The notes under the pieces are model-generated. The model was not told the origin of the DNA. It worked only from the letters and a program-made list of their open reading frames with translations, and ran no database searches. From Spirochaetaceae bacterium (GTDB lineage Bacteria; Spirochaetota; Spirochaetia; DSM-2461), in NCBI GenBank assembly GCA_051531975.1, contig JAOPTT010000013.1, positions 162,530 through 226,529 on the forward strand: 64,000 nucleotides of DNA, written 5' to 3'. This document shows, one piece after another, positions 62,839 to 64,000 of the stretch (position 1 is its first letter; each line of letters opens with the position of its first letter). The translations under genes and the position numbers were made by a program.

Positions 62839-64000
62839 TTATCTTTCCCTCTTGTATTTGAGGTTCGGAGTTTTATTTTTCTGATCCCCTGTACTAATCC
62901 TAACCCAGTTATCGTTGAAATGATAGTTCCAATAAGTATCAAGAGCTTTTTTGGTAATGTAATTTTATTTTTATCAGTAAAATCGTCTTGTTTTATTGGT
63001 GCAACTATAATCTCAGGTTCAACTGTATTCTCAGGTTCAACTGTAATCTCATGTTCAACTATAATCTCAGGTTCAACTGTAATCTCATGTTCAACTGTAA
63101 TCTCAGGTTCAACTATAATCTCAGGTTCAATTGTAATCTCAGGTGCAACTGTAATCTCAGGTTCAATTGTAATCTCAGGTGCAACTGTAATCTCAGGTTC
63201 AACTGTAATCTCAGGTTCAACAGTAATCTCAGGTTCAACAGTAATCTCAGGTTCAACAGCAATCTCAGGTTCAACAGCAATCTCAGATACAATTAGAATC
63301 TCATGTTCAACTATAATCTCAGGTTCAACTATAATCTCAGGTTCAACTATAATCTCAGTTTCAACTATAATCTCAGGTTCAACTATAATCTCAGGTTCAA
63401 CTATAATCTCAGGTTCAATTGGAATCACATGTACAACTGTAATTACAGGTGCAACAGGAATAACAGGTTCAACTGGAATAACAGGTTCAACTGGAATAAC
63501 AGGTTCAACTGGAATAACAGGTTCAACTGGAATAACAGGTTCAACTGGAATCGCAGGTTCAACTGGAATCGCAGGTTCAACTGGAATCGCAGGTTCAACT
63601 GGAATCGCAGGTTCAACTGGAATCGCAGGTTCAACTGGAATCGCAGGTTCAACTGTAATAACAGGTTCAACTGTAATAACAGGTTCAACTGGAATAACAG
63701 GTTCAACTGGAATAACAGGTTCAACTGGAATAACAGGTTCAACTGGAATAACAGGTACAACTGGAATAACAGGTACAACTGGAATAACAGGTACAACTGG
63801 AATAACAGGTTCAACTGGAATAACAGGTACAAAAATATTTTCTAAATTTGGTTTTGCAGCTATAATTGGTTCATATTCAATTACATCTTCATCATTCTCG
63901 CCATCAATTGATAACATTGCGAATAACCCAGCAATTGGTCTATTAATTTCTGGTTCAATTACTGGCTCAACTACTGGCTCAACTACTGGCTCAACTACTG
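62835..64000 (-). CDS. Pro/Glu/Val/Ile-rich stalk protein with C-terminal TM anchor (5'-truncated by window)
   Basis: Frame stays open beyond 63917 to the window end (VVEPVVEP...). Hexapeptide repeats, then [18 protein letters not shown] and a basic tail; ATGA overlap with the lipoprotein gene. Confidence 0.8.
   Translation of the reverse strand, partial: VVEPVVEPVVEPVIEPEINRPIAGLFAMLSIDGENDEDVIEYEPIIAAKPNLENIFVPVIPVEPVIPVVPVIPVVPVIPVVPVIPVEPVIPVEPVIPVEPVIPVEPVITVEPVITVEPAIPVEPAIPVEPAIPVEPAIPVEPAIPVEPAIPVEPVIPVEPVIPVEPVIPVEPVIPVEPVIPVAPVITVVHVIPIEPEIIVEPEIIVEPEIIVETEIIVEPEIIVEPEIIVEHEILIVSEIAVEPEIAVEPEITVEPEITVEPEITVEPEITVAPEITIEPEITVAPEITIEPEIIVEPEITVEHEITVEPEIIVEHEITVEPENTVEPEIIVAPIKQDDFTDKNKITLPKKLLILIGTIISTITGLGLVQGIRKIKLRTSNTRGKDK
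62996..63830 (-). repeat. 18-bp tandem coding minisatellite (~46 units)
   Basis: Variants of GGTTCAACTGTAATCTCA / GGTTCAACTGGAATAACA encoding [24 protein letters not shown]. Confidence 0.95.
63952..64000 (-). repeat. 12-bp tandem repeat (VVEP), continues beyond window
   Basis: ACTGGCTCAACT repeated to the window end. Confidence 0.85.

Noticed and set aside
62988..63845. Asn/Arg/Phe-rich plus-strand ORFs and the LLFQLN minus-strand ORF
   Set aside because: Alternative-frame shadows of the 18-bp minisatellite. The VEP frame has the TM anchor and operon coupling.

Overview
AT-rich (roughly 30% GC by eye), gene-dense bacterial chromosome segment, most consistent with a free-living spirochaete (inference from spirochaetal-type lipoboxes, DUF2259, an FlhG-like/FapA pair and a CHASE2 cyclase next to a giant lipoprotein). 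No rRNA, tRNA, CRISPR array or intact transposase was seen. Housekeeping genes include rsmE, a ctpA-like protease, lgt, nadE, pheST, galE, trxA, arfB and xth. The strongest candidate for an undescribed system is a co-oriented six-gene cluster at 17.7-28.5 kb. It encodes an NTT-like transporter with two cNMP-binding domains, an ornithine-racemase-family PLP enzyme, an orphan substrate-binding lipoprotein, an MFS transporter fused to duplicated periplasmic sensor-like domains, a D-Ala-D-Ala-ligase-like enzyme and a Cache/HAMP adenylate cyclase. Together these suggest a D-amino-acid dipeptide make/export/sense/cAMP circuit. Other notable loci are: a K+ channel with an atypical filter paired with a stand-alone cNMP protein; an NDK-like gene heading a phosphorelay operon; an HTH-EIIA / EIIA-PII / antiporter operon with a GC-rich 3x39-bp hairpin repeat; a small accessory islet with a probable IS110 remnant; and a surface-repeat-protein/CHASE2-cyclase operon. 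All family calls come from manual motif recognition; no database searches were run.
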